A stretch of 64,000 nucleotides of DNA from Lytechinus pictus (GCF_037042905.1 NC_087251.1:1-64000), one strand, 5' to 3'; counted from the first letter of the stretch, positions 1 to 15,024 are shown. A program made the numbers and translations. The notes: a model not told the origin generated them from the letters alone.

Positions 1-3000
1 ACCCCTCACCCTACCCCCACCCCCTAACCCTAACCCCTAACCCTAACCCTAACCCTAACCTAACCCTAACCCTATAACCTAACCCTAACCCTAACCCTAA
101 CCCTAACCCTAACCCTACCCTACTAACCTAACCCTAACCCTAACCCACTAACCCTAACCCTAACCCTAACCCTAACCCTAACCCTAACCCTAACCCTAAC
201 CCTAACCCTAACCCTAACCCAACCCTAACCCTAACCCTAACCCTAACCCTAACCCTAACCCTAACCCTAACCCTAACCCCTAACCCTAACCCTAACCCTA
301 ACCCTAACCCTAACCCTAACCCTAACCCTAACCCTAACCCTAACCCTAACCCTAACCCTAACCCTAACCCTAACCCTAACCCTAACCCTAACCCTAACCC
401 TAACCCTAACCCTAACCCTAACCCTAACCCTAACCCTAACCCTAACCCTAACCCCTAACCCTAACCCTAACCCTAACCCTAACCCTAACCCTAACCCTAA
501 CCCTAACCCTAACCCTAACCCTAACCCTAACCCTAACCCTAACCCTAACCCTAACCCTAACCCTAACCCTAACCCTAACCCTAACCCTAACCCTAACCCT
601 AACCCTAACCCTAACCCTAACCCTAACCCTAACCCTAACCCTAACCCTAACCCTAACCCTAACCCTAACCCTAACCCTAACCCTAACCCTAACCCTAACC
701 CTAACCCTAACCCTAACCCTAACCCTAACCCTAACCCTAACCCTAACCCTAACCCTAACCCTAACCCTAACCCTAACCCTAACCCTAACCCTAACCCTAA
801 CCCTAACCCTAACCCTAACCCTAACCCTAACCCTAACCCTAACCCTAACCCTAACCCTAACCCTAACCCTAACCCTAACCCTAACCCTAACCCTAACCCT
901 AACCCTAACCTAACCCTAACCCTAACCCTAACCCTAACCCTAACCCTAACCCTAACCCTAACCCTAACCCTAACCCTAACCCTAACCCTAACCCTAACCC
1001 TAACCCTAACCCTAACCCTAACCCTAACCCTAACCCTAACCCTAACCCTAACCCTAACCCTAACCCTAACCCTAACCCTAACCCTAACCCTAACCCTAAC
1101 CCTAACCCTAACCCTAACCCTAACCCTAACCCTAACCCTAACCCTAACCCTAACCCTAACCCTAACCCTAACCCTAACCCTAACCCTAACCCTAACCCTA
1201 ACCCTAACCCTAACCCTAACCCTAACCCTAACCCTAACCCTAACCCTAACCCTAACCCTAACCCTAACCCTAACCCTAACCCTAACCCTAACCCTAACCC
1301 TAACCCTAACCCTAACCCTAACCCTAACCCTAACCCTAACCCTAACCCTAACCCTAACCCTAACCCTAACCCTAACCCTAACCCTAACCCTAACCCTAAC
1401 CCTAACCCTAACCCTAACCCTAACCCTAACCCTAACCCTAACCCTAACCCTAACCCTAACCCTAACCCTAACCCTAACCCTAACCCTAACCCTAACCCTA
1501 ACCCTAACCCTAACCCTAACCCTAACCCTAACCCTAACCCTAACCCTAACCCTAACCCTAACCCTAACCCTAACCCTAACCCTAACCCTAACCCTAACCC
1601 TAACCCTAACCCTAACCCTAACCCTAACCCTAACCCTAACCCTAACCCTAACCCTAACCCTAACCTAACCCTAACCCTAACCCTAACCCTAACCCTAACC
1701 CTAACCCTAACCCTAACCCTAACCCTAACCCTAACCCTAACCCTAACCCTAACCCTAACCCTAACCCTAACCCTAACCCTAACCCTAACCCTAACCCTAA
1801 CCCTAACCCTAACCCTAACCCTAACCCTAACCCTAACCCTAACCCTAACCCTAACCCTAACCCTAACCCTAACCCTAACCCTAACCCTAACCCTAACCCT
1901 AACCCTAACCCTAACCCTAACCCTAACCCTAACCCTAACCCTAACCCTAACCCTAACCCTAACCCTAACCCTAACCCTAACCCTAACCCTAACCCTAACC
2001 CTAACCCTAACCCTAACCCTAACCCTAACCCTAACCCTAACCCTAACCCTAACCCTAACCCTAACCCTAACCCTAACCCTAACCCTAACCCTAACCCTAA
2101 CCCTAACCCTAACCCTAACCCTAACCCTAACCCTAACCCTAACCCTAACCCTAACCCTAACCCTAACCCTAACCCTAACCCTAACCCTAACCCTAACCCT
2201 AACCCTAACCCTAACCCTAACCCTAACCCTAACCCTAACCCTAACCCTAACCCTAACCCTAACCCTAACCCTAACCCTAACCCTAACCCTAACCCTAACC
2301 CTAACCCTAACCCTAACCCTAACCCTAACCCTAACCCTAACCCTAACCCTAACCCTAACCCTAACCCTAACCCTAACCCTAACCCTAACCCTAACCCTAA
2401 CCCTAACCCTAACCCTAACCCTAACCCTAACCCTAACCCTAACCCTAACCCTAACCCTAACCCTAACCCTAACCCTAACCCTAACCCTAACCCTAACCCT
2501 AACCCTAACCCTAACCCTAACCCTAACCCTAACCCTAACCCTAACCCTAACCCTAACCCTAACCCTAACCCTAACCCTAACCCTAACCCTAACCCTAACC
2601 CTAACCCTAACCCTAACCCTAACCCTAACCCTAACCCTAACCCTAACCCTAACCCTAACCCTAACCCTAACCCTAACCCTAACCCTAACCCTAACCCTAA
2701 CCCTAACCCTAACCCTAACCCTAACCCTAACCCTAACCCTAACCCTAACCCTAACCCTAACCCTAACCCTAACCCTAACCCTAACCCTAACCCTAACCCT
2801 AACCCTAACCCTAACCCTAACCCTAACCCTAACCCTAACCCTAACCCTAACCCTAACCCTAACCCTAACCCTAACCCTAACCCTAACCCTAACCCTAACC
2901 CTAACCCTAACCCTAACCCTAACCCTAACCCTAACCCTAACCCTAACCCTAACCCTAACCCTAACCCTAACCCTAACCCTAACCCTAACCCTAACCCTAA

Positions 3001-6000
3001 CCCTAACCCTAACCCTAACCCTAACCCTAACCCTAACCCTAACCCTAACCCTAACCCTAACCCTAACCCTAACCCTAACCCTAACCCTAACCCTAACCCT
3101 AACCCTAACCCTAACCCTAACCCTAACCCTAACCCTAACCCTAACCCTAACCCTAACCCTAACCCTAACCCTAACCCTAACCCTAACCCTAACCCTAACC
3201 CTAACCCTAACCCTAACCCTAACCCTAACCCTAACCCTAACCCTAACCCTAACCCTAACCCTAACCCTAACCCTAACCCTAACCCTAACCCTAACCCTAA
3301 CCCTAACCCTAACCCTAACCCTAACCCTAACCCTAACCCTAACCCTAACCCTAACCCTAACCCTAACCCTAACCCTAACCCTAACCCTAACCCTAACCCT
3401 AACCCTAACCCTAACCCTAACCCTAACCCTAACCCTAACCCTAACCCTAACCCTAACCCTAACCCTAACCCTAACCCTAACCCTAACCCTAACCCTAACC
3501 CTAACCCTAACCCTAACCCTAACCCTAACCCTAACCCTAACCCTAACCCTAACCCTAACCCTAACCCTAACCCTAACCCTAACCCTAACCCTAACCCTAA
3601 CCCTAACCCTAACCCTAACCCTAACCCTAACCCTAACCCTAACCCTAACCCTAACCCTAACCCTAACCCTAACCCTAACCCTAACCCTAACCCTAACCCT
3701 AACCCTAACCCTAACCCTAACCCTAACCCTAACCCTAACCCTAACCCTAACCCTAACCCTAACCCTAACCCTAACCCTAACCCTAACCCTAACCCTAACC
3801 CTAACCCTAACCCTAACCCTAACCCTAACCCTAACCCTAACCCTAACCCTAACCCTAACCCTAACCCTAACCCTAACCCTAACCCTAACCCTAACCCTAA
3901 CCCTAACCCTAACCCTAACCCTAACCCTAACCCTAACCCTAACCCTAACCCTAACCCTAACCCTAACCCTAACCCTAACCCTAACCCTAACCCTAACCCT
4001 AACCCTAACCCTAACCCTAACCCTAACCCTAACCCTAACCCTAACCCTAACCCTAACCCTAACCCTAACCCTAACCCTAACCCTAACCCTAACCCTAACC
4101 CTAACCCTAACCCTAACCCTAACCCTAACCCTAACCCTAACCCTAACCCTAACCCTAACCCTAACCCTAACCCTAACCCTAACCCTAACCCTAACCCTAA
4201 CCCTAACCCTAACCCTAACCCTAACCCTAACCCTAACCCTAACCCTAACCCTAACCCTAACCCTAACCCTAACCCTAACCCTAACCCTAACCCTAACCCT
4301 AACCCTAACCCTAACCCTAACCCTAACCCTAACCCTAACCCTAACCCTAACCCTAACCCTAACCCTAACCCTAACCCTAACCCTAACCCTAACCCTAACC
4401 CTAACCCTAACCCTAACCCTAACCCTAACCCTAACCCTAACCCTAACCCTAACCCTAACCCTAACCCTAACCCTAACCCTAACCCTAACCCTAACCCTAA
4501 CCCTAACCCTAACCCTAACCCTAACCCTAACCCTAACCCTAACCCTAACCCTAACCCTAACCCTAACCCTAACCCTAACCCTAACCCTAACCCTAACCCT
4601 AACCCTAACCCTAACCCTAACCCTAACCCTAACCCTAACCCTAACCCTAACCCTAACCCTAACCCTAACCCTAACCCTAACCCTAACCCTAACCCTAACC
4701 CTAACCCTAACCCTAACCCTAACCCTAACCCTAACCCTAACCCTAACCCTAACCCTAACCCTAACCCTAACCCTAACCCTAACCCTAACCCTAACCCTAA
4801 CCCTAACCCTAACCCTAACCCTAACCCTAACCCTAACCCTAACCCTAACCCTAACCCTAACCCTAACCCTAACCCTAACCCTAACCCTAACCCTAACCCT
4901 AACCCTAACCCTAACCCTAACCCTAACCCTAACCCTAACCCTAACCCTAACCCTAACCCTAACCCTAACCCTAACCCTAACCCTAACCCTAACCCTAACC
5001 CTAACCCTAACCCTAACCCTAACCCTAACCCTAACCCTAACCCTAACCCTAACCCTAACCCTAACCCTAACCCTAACCCTAACCCTAACCCTAACCCTAA
5101 CCCTAACCCTAACCCTAACCCTAACCCTAACCCTAACCCTAACCCTAACCCTAACCCTAACCCTAACCCTAACCCTAACCCTAACCCTAACCCTAACCCT
5201 AACCCTAACCCTAACCCTAACCCTAACCCTAACCCTAACCCTAACCCTAACCCTAACCCTAACCCTAACCCTAACCCTAACCCTAACCCTAACCCTAACC
5301 CTAACCCTAACCCTAACCCTAACCCTAACCCTAACCCTAACCCTAACCCTAACCCTAACCCTAACCCTAACCCTAACCCTAACCCTAACCCTAACCCTAA
5401 CCCTAACCCTAACCCTAACCCTAACCCTAACCCTAACCCTAACCCTAACCCTAACCCTAACCCTAACCCTAACCCTAACCCTAACCCTAACCCTAACCCT
5501 AACCCTAACCCTAACCCTAACCCTAACCCTAACCCTAACCCTAACCCTAACCCTAACCCTAACCCTAACCCTAACCCTAACCCTAACCCTAACCCTAACC
5601 CTAACCCTAACCCTAACCCTAACCCTAACCCTAACCCTAACCCTAACCCTAACCCTAACCCTAACCCTAACCCTAACCCTAACCCTAACCCTAACCCTAA
5701 CCCTAACCCTAACCCTAACCCTAACCCTAACCCTAACCCTAACCCTAACCCTAACCCTAACCCTAACCCTAACCCTAACCCTAACCCTAACCCTAACCCT
5801 AACCCTAACCCTAACCCTAACCCTAACCCTAACCCTAACCCTAACCCTAACCCTAACCCTAACCCTAACCCTAACCCTAACCCTAACCCTAACCCTAACC
5901 CTAACCCTAACCCTAACCCTAACCCTAACCCTAACCCTAACCCTAACCTAACCCTAACCCTAACCCTAACCCTAACCCTAACCCTAACCCTAACCCTAAC

Positions 6001-9000
6001 CCTAACCCTAACCCTAACCCTAACCCTAACCCTAACCCTAACCCTAACCCTAACCCTAACCCTAACCCTAACCCTAACCCTAACCCTAACCCTAACCCTA
6101 ACCCTAACCCTAACCCTAACCCTAACCCTAACCCTAACCCTAACCCTAACCCTAACCCTAACCCTAACCCTAACCCTAACCCTAACCCTAACCCTAACCC
6201 TAACCCTAACCCTAACCCTAACCCTAACCCTAACCCTAACCCTAACCCTAACCCTAACCCTAACCCTAACCCTAACCCTAACCCTAACCCTAACCCTAAC
6301 CCTAACCCTAACCCTAACCCTAACCCTAACCCTAACCCTAACCCTAACCCTAACCCTAACCCTAACCCTAACCCTAACCCTAACCCTAACCCTAACCCTA
6401 ACCCTAACCCTAACCCTAACCCTAACCCTAACCCTAACCCTAACCCTAACCCTAACCCTAACCCTAACCCTAACCCTAACCCTAACCCTAACCCTAACCC
6501 TAACCCTAACCCTAACCCTAACCCTAACCCTAACCCTAACCCTAACCCTAACCCTAACCCTAACCCTAACCCTAACCCTAACCCTAACCCTAACCCTAAC
6601 CCTAACCCTAACCCTAACCCTAACCCTAACCCTAACCCTAACCCTAACCCTAACCCTAACCCTAACCCTAACCCTAACCCTAACCCTAACCCTAACCCTA
6701 ACCCTAACCCTAACCCTAACCCTAACCCTAACCCTAACCCTAACCCTAACCCTAACCCTAACCCTAACCCTAACCCTAACCCTAACCCTAACCCTAACCC
6801 TAACCCTAACCCTAACCCTAACCCTAACCCTAACCCTAACCCTAACCCTAACCCTAACCCTAACCCTAACCCTAACCCTAACCCTAACCCTAACCCTAAC
6901 CCTAACCCTAACCCTAACCCTAACCCTAACCCTAACCCTAACCCTAACCCTAACCCTAACCCTAACCCTAACCCTAACCCTAACCCTAACCCTAACCCTA
7001 ACCCTAACCCTAACCCTAACCCTAACCCTAACCCTAACCCTAACCCTAACCCTAACCCTAACCCTAACCCTAACCCTAACCCTAACCCTAACCCTAACCC
7101 TAACCCTAACCCTAACCCTAACCCTAACCCTAACCCTAACCCTAACCCTAACCCTAACCCTAACCCTAACCCTAACCCTAACCCTAACCCTAACCCTAAC
7201 CCTAACCCTAACCCTAACCCTAACCCTAACCCTAACCCTAACCCTAACCCTAACCCTAACCCTAACCCTAACCCTAACCCTAACCCTAACCCTAACCCTA
7301 ACCCTAACCCTAACCCTAACCCTAACCCTAACCCTAACCCTAACCCTAACCCTAACCCTAACCCTAACCCTAACCCTAACCCTAACCCTAACCCTAACCC
7401 TAACCCTAACCCTAACCCTAACCCTAACCCTAACCCTAACCCTAACCCTAACCCTAACCCTAACCCTAACCCTAACCCTAACCCTAACCCTAACCCTAAC
7501 CCTAACCCTAACCCTAACCCTAACCCTAACCCTAACCCTAACCCTAACCCTAACCCTAACCCTAACCCTAACCCTAACCCTAACCCTAACCCTAACCCTA
7601 ACCCTAACCCTAACCCTAACCCTAACCCTAACCCTAACCCTAACCCTAACCCTAACCCTAACCCTAACCCTAACCCTAACCCTAACCCTAACCCTAACCC
7701 TAACCCTAACCCTAACCCTAACCCTAACCCTAACCCTAACCCTAACCCTAACCCTAACCCTAACCCTAACCCTAACCCTAACCCTAACCCTAACCCTAAC
7801 CCTAACCCTAACCCTAACCCTAACCCTAACCCTAACCCTAACCCTAACCCTAACCCTAACCCTAACCCTAACCCTAACCCTAACCCTAACCCTAACCCTA
7901 ACCCTAACCCTAACCCTAACCCTAACCCTAACCCTAACCCTAACCCTAACCCTAACCCTAACCCTAACCCTAACCCTAACCCTAACCCTAACCCTAACCC
8001 TAACCCTAACCCTAACCCTAACCCTAACCCTAACCCTAACCCTAACCCTAACCCTAACCCTAACCCTAACCCTAACCCTAACCCTAACCCTAACCCTAAC
8101 CCTAACCCTAACCCTAACCCTAACCCTAACCCTAACCCTAACCCTAACCCTAACCCTAACCCTAACCCTAACCCTAACCCTAACCCTAACCCTAACCCTA
8201 ACCCTAACCCTAACCCTAACCCTAACCCTAACCCTAACCCTAACCCTAACCCTAACCCTAACCCTAACCCTAACCCTAACCCTAACCCTAACCCTAACCC
8301 TAACCCTAACCCTAACCCTAACCCTAACCCTAACCCTAACCCTAACCCTAACCCTAACCCTAACCCTAACCCTAACCCTAACCCTAACCCTAACCCTAAC
8401 CCTAACCCTAACCCTAACCCTAACCCTAACCCTAACCCTAACCCTAACCCTAACCCTAACCCTAACCCTAACCCTAACCCTAACCCTAACCCTAACCCTA
8501 ACCCTAACCCTAACCCTAACCCTAACCCTAACCCTAACCCTAACCCTAACCCTAACCCTAACCCTAACCCTAACCCTAACCCTAACCCTAACCCTAACCC
8601 TAACCCTAACCCTAACCCTAACCCTAACCCTAACCCTAACCCTAACCCTAACCCTAACCCTAACCCTAACCCTAACCCTAACCCTAACCCTAACCCTAAC
8701 CCTAACCCTAACCCTAACCCTAACCCTAACCCTAACCCTAACCCTAACCCTAACCCTAACCCTAACCCTAACCCTAACCCTAACCCTAACCCTAACCCTA
8801 ACCCTAACCCTAACCCTAACCCTAACCCTAACCCTAACCCTAACCCTAACCCTAACCCTAACCCTAACCCTAACCCTAACCCTAACCCCAACCCCAACCC
8901 CAACCCCAACCCCAACCCCAACCCCAACCCCAACCCCAACCCCAACCCCAACCCCAACCCCAACCCCAACCCCAACCCCAACCCCAACCCCAACCCCAAC

Positions 9001-9696
9001 CCTAACCCCAACCCTAACCCTAACCCTAACCCTAACCCTAACCCTAACCCTAACCCTAACCCTAACCCTAACCCTAACCCTAACCCTAACCCTAACCCTA
9101 ACCCTAACCCTAACCCTAACCCTAACCCTAACCCTAACCTAACCCTAACCCTAACCCTAACCCTAACCCTAACCCTAACCCTAACCCTAACCCTAAACCC
9201 TAAACCCTAAACCCTAAACCCTAAACCCTAAACCCTAACCCTAACCCTAACCCTAACCCTAACCCTAACCCTAACCCCTAACCCTAACCCCCAAACCCTA
9301 ACCCTAAACTAACCCTAACCCTAACCCTAACCCTAACCCTAACCCTAACCCCTAAACCCTAACCCCTAAACCCTAACCCTAACCTAACCCTAACCCAACC
9401 CTTACCCTAACCCTAAACCCTAACCCTAACCCCTAACCCCTAACCCCTAACCCCTAACCCTAACCCTAACCCTAACCCCTAAACCCTAACCCCTAAACCC
9501 TAGCCCTAACCCTAACCCTAACCCTAACCCCTAACCCTAACCCCTAACCCTAACCCTGACCCTAACCCTGACCAAAACCCTGACCCTAACCCTGACCCTG
9601 ACCCTGACCCTGACCCTGACCCTGACCCTAACCCTAACCCTAACCCTAAACCCTAAACCCTAACCCTAACCCTTACCTTTACCCTAACCCTTACCT
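1..9696 (-). repeat. Terminal telomeric array (CCCTAA)n on + / (TTAGGG)n on -
   Basis: Nearly pure CCCTAA from the window start to ~8885, then variant and degenerate units up to the junction at ~9696. C-rich strand on + fits a left chromosome end. Confidence 0.99.
8886..9696 (-). repeat. Proximal telomere variant repeat zone
   Basis: (CCCCAA)19 at 8886-8999, (CCCTAAA)6 at 9191-9232, CCCTGA units at 9554-9625, interspersed with CCCTAA, CCCCTAA and CCTTA. Confidence 0.95.
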
Positions 9697-12372
9697 TGAT
9701 TTATTGGGGCTGCCCCAATAAAAATGTCAGCCGCTTTTCTGTACACATCTAAGAGTCAGAAGTGGTACTATAACTCCGAAAATGAATGGAATTTATCTCA
9801 ATATTAACATATTAATCTCATTCATATTGAAAGGGTGGCGGGATCCCTACTAGCAAAATATTATCTCTATACTAAAGCCTAATCCTAGCAAACAAATTGG
9901 TTTATTTTCTTAAATGACAATGGATAATTTTGTAAAGGAAAGAGTGACCGAAAAAGATAGAGATAGAGAATGAAAAGTTAACGGTAAAGGATACACGGGA
10001 GTCGGTATAAGTTTAAAAAGAATATCTATATAGTTCTGAATCCTAACCAACAAATAGGTTAGACAATTTTGGTTGAGAAGAGAGTGACAGAAAAAAGAGA
10101 GGAAGAGGAGAGTGAGTGAAAGAGGGAGACAGGAAGAAAGAAATAACAAACGAAAGGTAAAGGATACACTAGATTGGGTACAATTCTTAAAAAGAATATT
10201 CGTATAGATCTGGATGAATAACAATGCAATTTTTATCCAACTTCAGGCTTCCCCGATTAAAGCGTGATTTATTGGGGCTACCCCAATAAAAATGTCAGCC
10301 GCTTCTCTGTGCACATCCAAGAGTCAAAAGTGGTAGTATTACACTCAAAATGAAAGGAATTTCTCATAATATTAGTATAAAAATCTCATTCATATTGAAA
10401 GGGTGGCGGGATCCTTCACTAGCAAAAAAATATCTCTTTACCAAAGCCTTACCCTAGAAAACAAATTGGTTTATTTCCTCAAATTACATTGGATAATTTG
10501 GTTTAGGAGAGAATGACCGAAAAGAGAGAGAGACAGAAGAGAGAATGAAAATGTTAAAGGTAAAGGATACACGGGAGTCGGTATAATTTTTAAAAAGAAT
10601 ATCCATATAGTTGTGGATGGATAACAGTGAAATTTTTATCCGACTTCAGGGCTACCCCGATTAAACCTTGATTTATTTGGGCTACCCCAATAAAAATGAC
10701 AGCCGCTTTTCTGTACACATTCAAGAGTCAGAAGTGGTAGTATTATTCAGAAAAAGAAACAAATTTACCCTAAATATCAGTATGCAAATTTCATTATCAT
10801 TGAAAGGGTGGCGGGATCTGTCACTGGGAAAAGTTTATCTATACTAAAACGTAATCGAAACCAACAAATAGGTTAGATAATCTTAGCTAAGGAGAGTGGC
10901 AGAAAAAAAGAGAAGAAGAGGAGAGTGAGAAAGAGAGAACCAACAAGTTAAAGGTAAAGGATAAACGAGAGTAGGTATAATACTTGAAAAGAATATCCAT
11001 GTTGTTCTGGATAAAAAACTGTGAAATTTGTATCCAACTTCAGGGCTTCCCCGATTAAACTGTGATTTATTGGGGCTACCCCAATAAAAAAATGTCAGCC
11101 GCCTCTCTCTACACATCCGAGAGCAAATGGTGGTTGTATTACACATTCAAGAGAGAATTGTGGTAGGGGTAAAGTAGAATCTTCCACTTTCCTGGTGGTA
11201 GTATAACTCCGAAAATGAGAGGAATTTCTCTTAATATTAGTATAAAAATCACATTCATATTGAAAGGGTGACGGGATCCCTCACTAGCAAAAAAATATCT
11301 CTGAGTCATACTAAAGCCCAATCCTAACAAACAAATAAGTTTATTTCTTCACAAAACATTGGATAATTTGGTTAAGGAGAGAGTGACTGAAAAATACAGA
11401 GAAAGAGAGAGAGAATGAAATGTTAAAGGTAAAGGATACACGGGAGTCGGTATAGTTTTTTAAAAGAATATCCATATAGTTGTGGATGGATAACAGTGAA
11501 ATTTTTATCCGAATTCAGGGCTTCCCCGATTAAACTTTGATTTATTGGGGCTGCCCCGATAAAAATGTCAGCCGCTTTTTTGTACACATCCAAAAGTCAG
11601 AAGTGGTAGTATAACTCCGAAAATGAATGGAATTTATCTTAATATTAGCATATTAATCTTATTTATATTGAAAGGGTGGCGGGATCCCTACTAGCCAAAA
11701 ATTATCTCTATTCTAAAGCCTTATCCTAGCAAACAAATTGGTTTATTTTCTTAAATGACATTGGATAATTTTGTTAAGGAAAGAGTGACCGAAAAAGATA
11801 GAGAGAGAGAATGAAAAGTTAAGGGTAGAGGATACACGGGAGTCGGTATAATTTTTAAAAAGAATATCTATATAGTTCTGAATCCTAACCAACAAATAGG
11901 TTAGATAATTTTGGTTGAGGAGAGAGTGACAGAAAAAAGAGAGGAAGAGGAGAGTGAGTGAGAGAGGGAGACAGGAAGATAGAAATAACAAACGAAAGGT
12001 AAAGATACACTAGATTGGGTACAATTCTTAAAAAGAATATCCGTACATTTCTGGATGAATGACAGTGAAATTTGTATCCAACTTCAGGGCTTCCCCGATT
12101 AAACCGTGATTTATTGGGGCTACCCAAATAAAAATGTCAACCGCCTCTCTCTACACATCCGAGAGCAAATGGTGGTTGTATTACACATTCAAGAGAGAAT
12201 TGTGGTAGAAGTAGAATCTTTCACTTTCCTGGTGGTAGTATAACTCCGAAAATGAAAGGAATTTATCTTAATATTAGCATATTAATGTCATTCATATTGA
12301 AAGGGTGGCGGGTTCTTTCACTAGCAAAAAATATCTATATACTAAAGCCTAACCCTAGCAAACAAATAAGTT
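9697..12372 (+). repeat. Subtelomeric complex tandem repeat, 6 units of ~400-570 bp
   Basis: GATTTATTGGGGCT(G/A)CCCCAATAAAAATGTCAGCCGC recurs at ~9698, 10267, 10670, 11064, 11539 and 12108. GGGTGGCGGGATCC..ACTAGC recurs once per unit. Units at 9698 and 11539 are closest to each other (higher-order structure). Confidence 0.93.
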
Positions 12373-12559
12373 TTGTTTGTTTTTTATTATCGAAAACAGG
12401 GACCGTTTGCACTCTTCTTAAAATAGGTCAAAAAGCCTTCACACCCGATTTTTCCCTTTTTTATCTAATTGCGTAACATTTTGTATCAAGTGGTACATTT
12501 CAGTTATTTATATTTCTTCTTATTCATACAACTTTGTGTGTGGTACATTAAACAATATG

Positions 12560-13920
12560 TTATGTAAACTAATTAGATGATTGCCTTTTCATCAGAAAAG
12601 ATATATCTCTCTATTTTGTTTTATTCATTAATAAGTTCAAACAATATGTCGTGTTCTTTTCTCCTTAATCCATTTTCCAAGGGCTTCTATTTTCCACCTT
12701 TCGTCTGTCTTGGATATTTTTTCTCTTTTTTTTTTCTTTTGTTTACAGGAGCCCTACAAGATTTGCAAATACGGACTTTTATTGTCGAGTTCCAAGGTGA
12801 GTTGACTGACTTTAAAAGCTTATCCTTCGAGTTTAATTGTTAACAAAATATTTTAATGAATTCTTTTGAAAGACATACTTGGCAATATAAAGGATGCTCT
12901 TACATCATCCATGTCGTAGTCCATTTTTCAAAGAAGACAAAATAACATTTTATTCATATAATGTAAACAGATGAAAAAATTAATAAATTTTGATTCAATA
13001 GATCGTGCAACAACAGTTTATATCGACGACTCCTTCATCTTATTTCAATAATATCTTTACTGTTGTAATTGTTTTATTCCATTCAGATAAACTTGATATG
13101 AAAGAAATAACGTTGGTCTTAATGAAACGAGGTCAAATAAACAGATTACATAAGGTTTCTTATCCTTCTCGTACTCATTTAAAAAGGAAGCTGTCTGGTT
13201 ATGATGTCACGTGTTATTGCTTAACAGATCGCACTGCGGACTGCCATTTGTGATGACACAGGACGAAATATTTATGTTAATTGAAAGAAATAGAAGAAAA
13301 TGGACCAATGTAAACGAAGCTCGTAAGCACGTACAGTATGTGAAATACTTTTCAAAGCGAGCAACTTGGGAAATGCTAAAAAAAAATTTACTTTTGTAAA
13401 AAGGGACTTTTTTTTTAATATGAACATTGAGAAGGGGATTTTCCATGGCTGTAAATCTTCCTTGTTGTATGCTTCTATTGAAATCTACCACACGGGCCCG
13501 AAGATCCGCAAGTACTAGTCGTTTTTGTGTTCCATTTCTATATTCGGCAAATAGACGGAACATCAAGTTCACCCTTTCACTTACATTATTAACTATGCTT
13601 TTCCAAGCAAACAATTACTTGCACCATCCAAGCGGGAGTCGTCCATATTTCACAAAAATAAGCATTTTCCCGTTATGTGTGGACAAATACAACGCTCCTT
13701 CCCAAAAAAGGAAATGAGGAAAGAAAGAATTGAAATGTCTCACCATGTATAACGCATACAAAAAGTAAATCATCTGATGGTCTTGGACCTTACAGGATTC
13801 TCGGATACAGCAAACTCCGATTTCTCAAATGAACAAATAATAAATCACAGCCATAATGACAAACACCATCTTAAGGCAGTCCAATGTTGTCTCCATGCCT
13901 CGAACGCAATGGAAGAAATG
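12560..13920 (-). pseudogene. Decayed intronless ORF with two RING-finger-like motifs
   Basis: One minus frame has only ~3 stops over ~290 codons (13920-13050) in AT-rich DNA. Manual translation gives KPYVICL...LSYQVYL and FFICL...EHPLYCQVCL...RICKSCRAP, with frameshifts and stops. Confidence 0.4.
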
Positions 13921-14920
13921 AGCTATTCATAAGTTGAGCTAACACTGGAGTGAGCAAGAAAGTGTACTTATACGGTAACGAAAAAGAAAGTATTATGACC
14001 TGATTATAGTATGATCATTGACAGGAGCTCCTAATGGCTCCACGATTTGATCCATGTGACAAGGAGCATCAACTGCTTGGTAACAAAATAATTACAACAG
14101 TTTTAGGTTTTAAATGTTTATTTGACCATTCATAGCTATTTTGTAATTTCATAGCAGGGAGAAGCACTTTTGGCCACCCCTCCCCTAAGATCTCGGTCGG
14201 AGATCGCGCAATCGCGCCGAAAATTCGCACGCACGTTATATTCGTGTCTTAATCTCTCAATAATGCCAAAATATTTGAAATTAATTTTTGATTGACTATG
14301 CTAATTAATTCATATGATCATAATTTGGCTGCAAATCAATAATATTGCTCTTTAAACTTTAAATATTGGTCTGGACACTCATTTTAGGATTTTTACTATA
14401 TGTATACTAAAAACAGGAAATAGCTAGTGTTCTATATACTTAAATGTTATTTTCTTTATTTTTTATATACTTTTTTATTTATTAGGTTTGTATTTTATTT
14501 GAAGGAAATCTTCTGGAACACTATTTACAAGTGAAAGAAAAAGACTTAAAAAAATAAAATTTTTATGAAAATATGTATTACTGTACAAGGCCTATAGTAG
14601 CGCCAATGCCTCTATACCCAAACAATAACCATAACCCTGACTGTATGGACTTTCCACATTAGTATAACACGCATGTGTACAAAGTCTATGGGAGTTTCGG
14701 ACATATGATATATTTTTCCTTTTTTATAAACAAACCCTATAGAATTTTTTTTCCCCAACTATAGTTTTTTACATGTTTTAGAACATTTTATAGCTATAAA
14801 AAAAAAAATTAAAAAAAAATACTTTGAAATTTTTTCGAATTTCCCCATAGGTATAACACGTGTGTACAAAGTCTATGGAGAATGGATGGCGGGATCCGCC
14901 ACTAGCGCAAAGTGCCTCTA

Positions 14921-14983
14921 TACCTAACCCTAACCCTAACCCTAACCCTAACCCTAACCCTAACCCTATCCCTAACCCTAACC

Positions 14984-15024
<41 letters not shown>

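Noticed and set aside
1..300. Irregular repeats at the extreme tip, and isolated single-base indels further into the array
   Set aside because: Most likely low-coverage consensus noise.
5943..9011. 1022-aa (GL)n ORF
   Set aside because: Translation of the telomere repeat.
12749..12796. 48-nt plus-strand exon-like segment with TTTACAG| and |GTGAGT sites
   Set aside because: Isolated, with no partner exons. The pyrimidine tract is explained by Lys codons of the minus-strand relic ORF.
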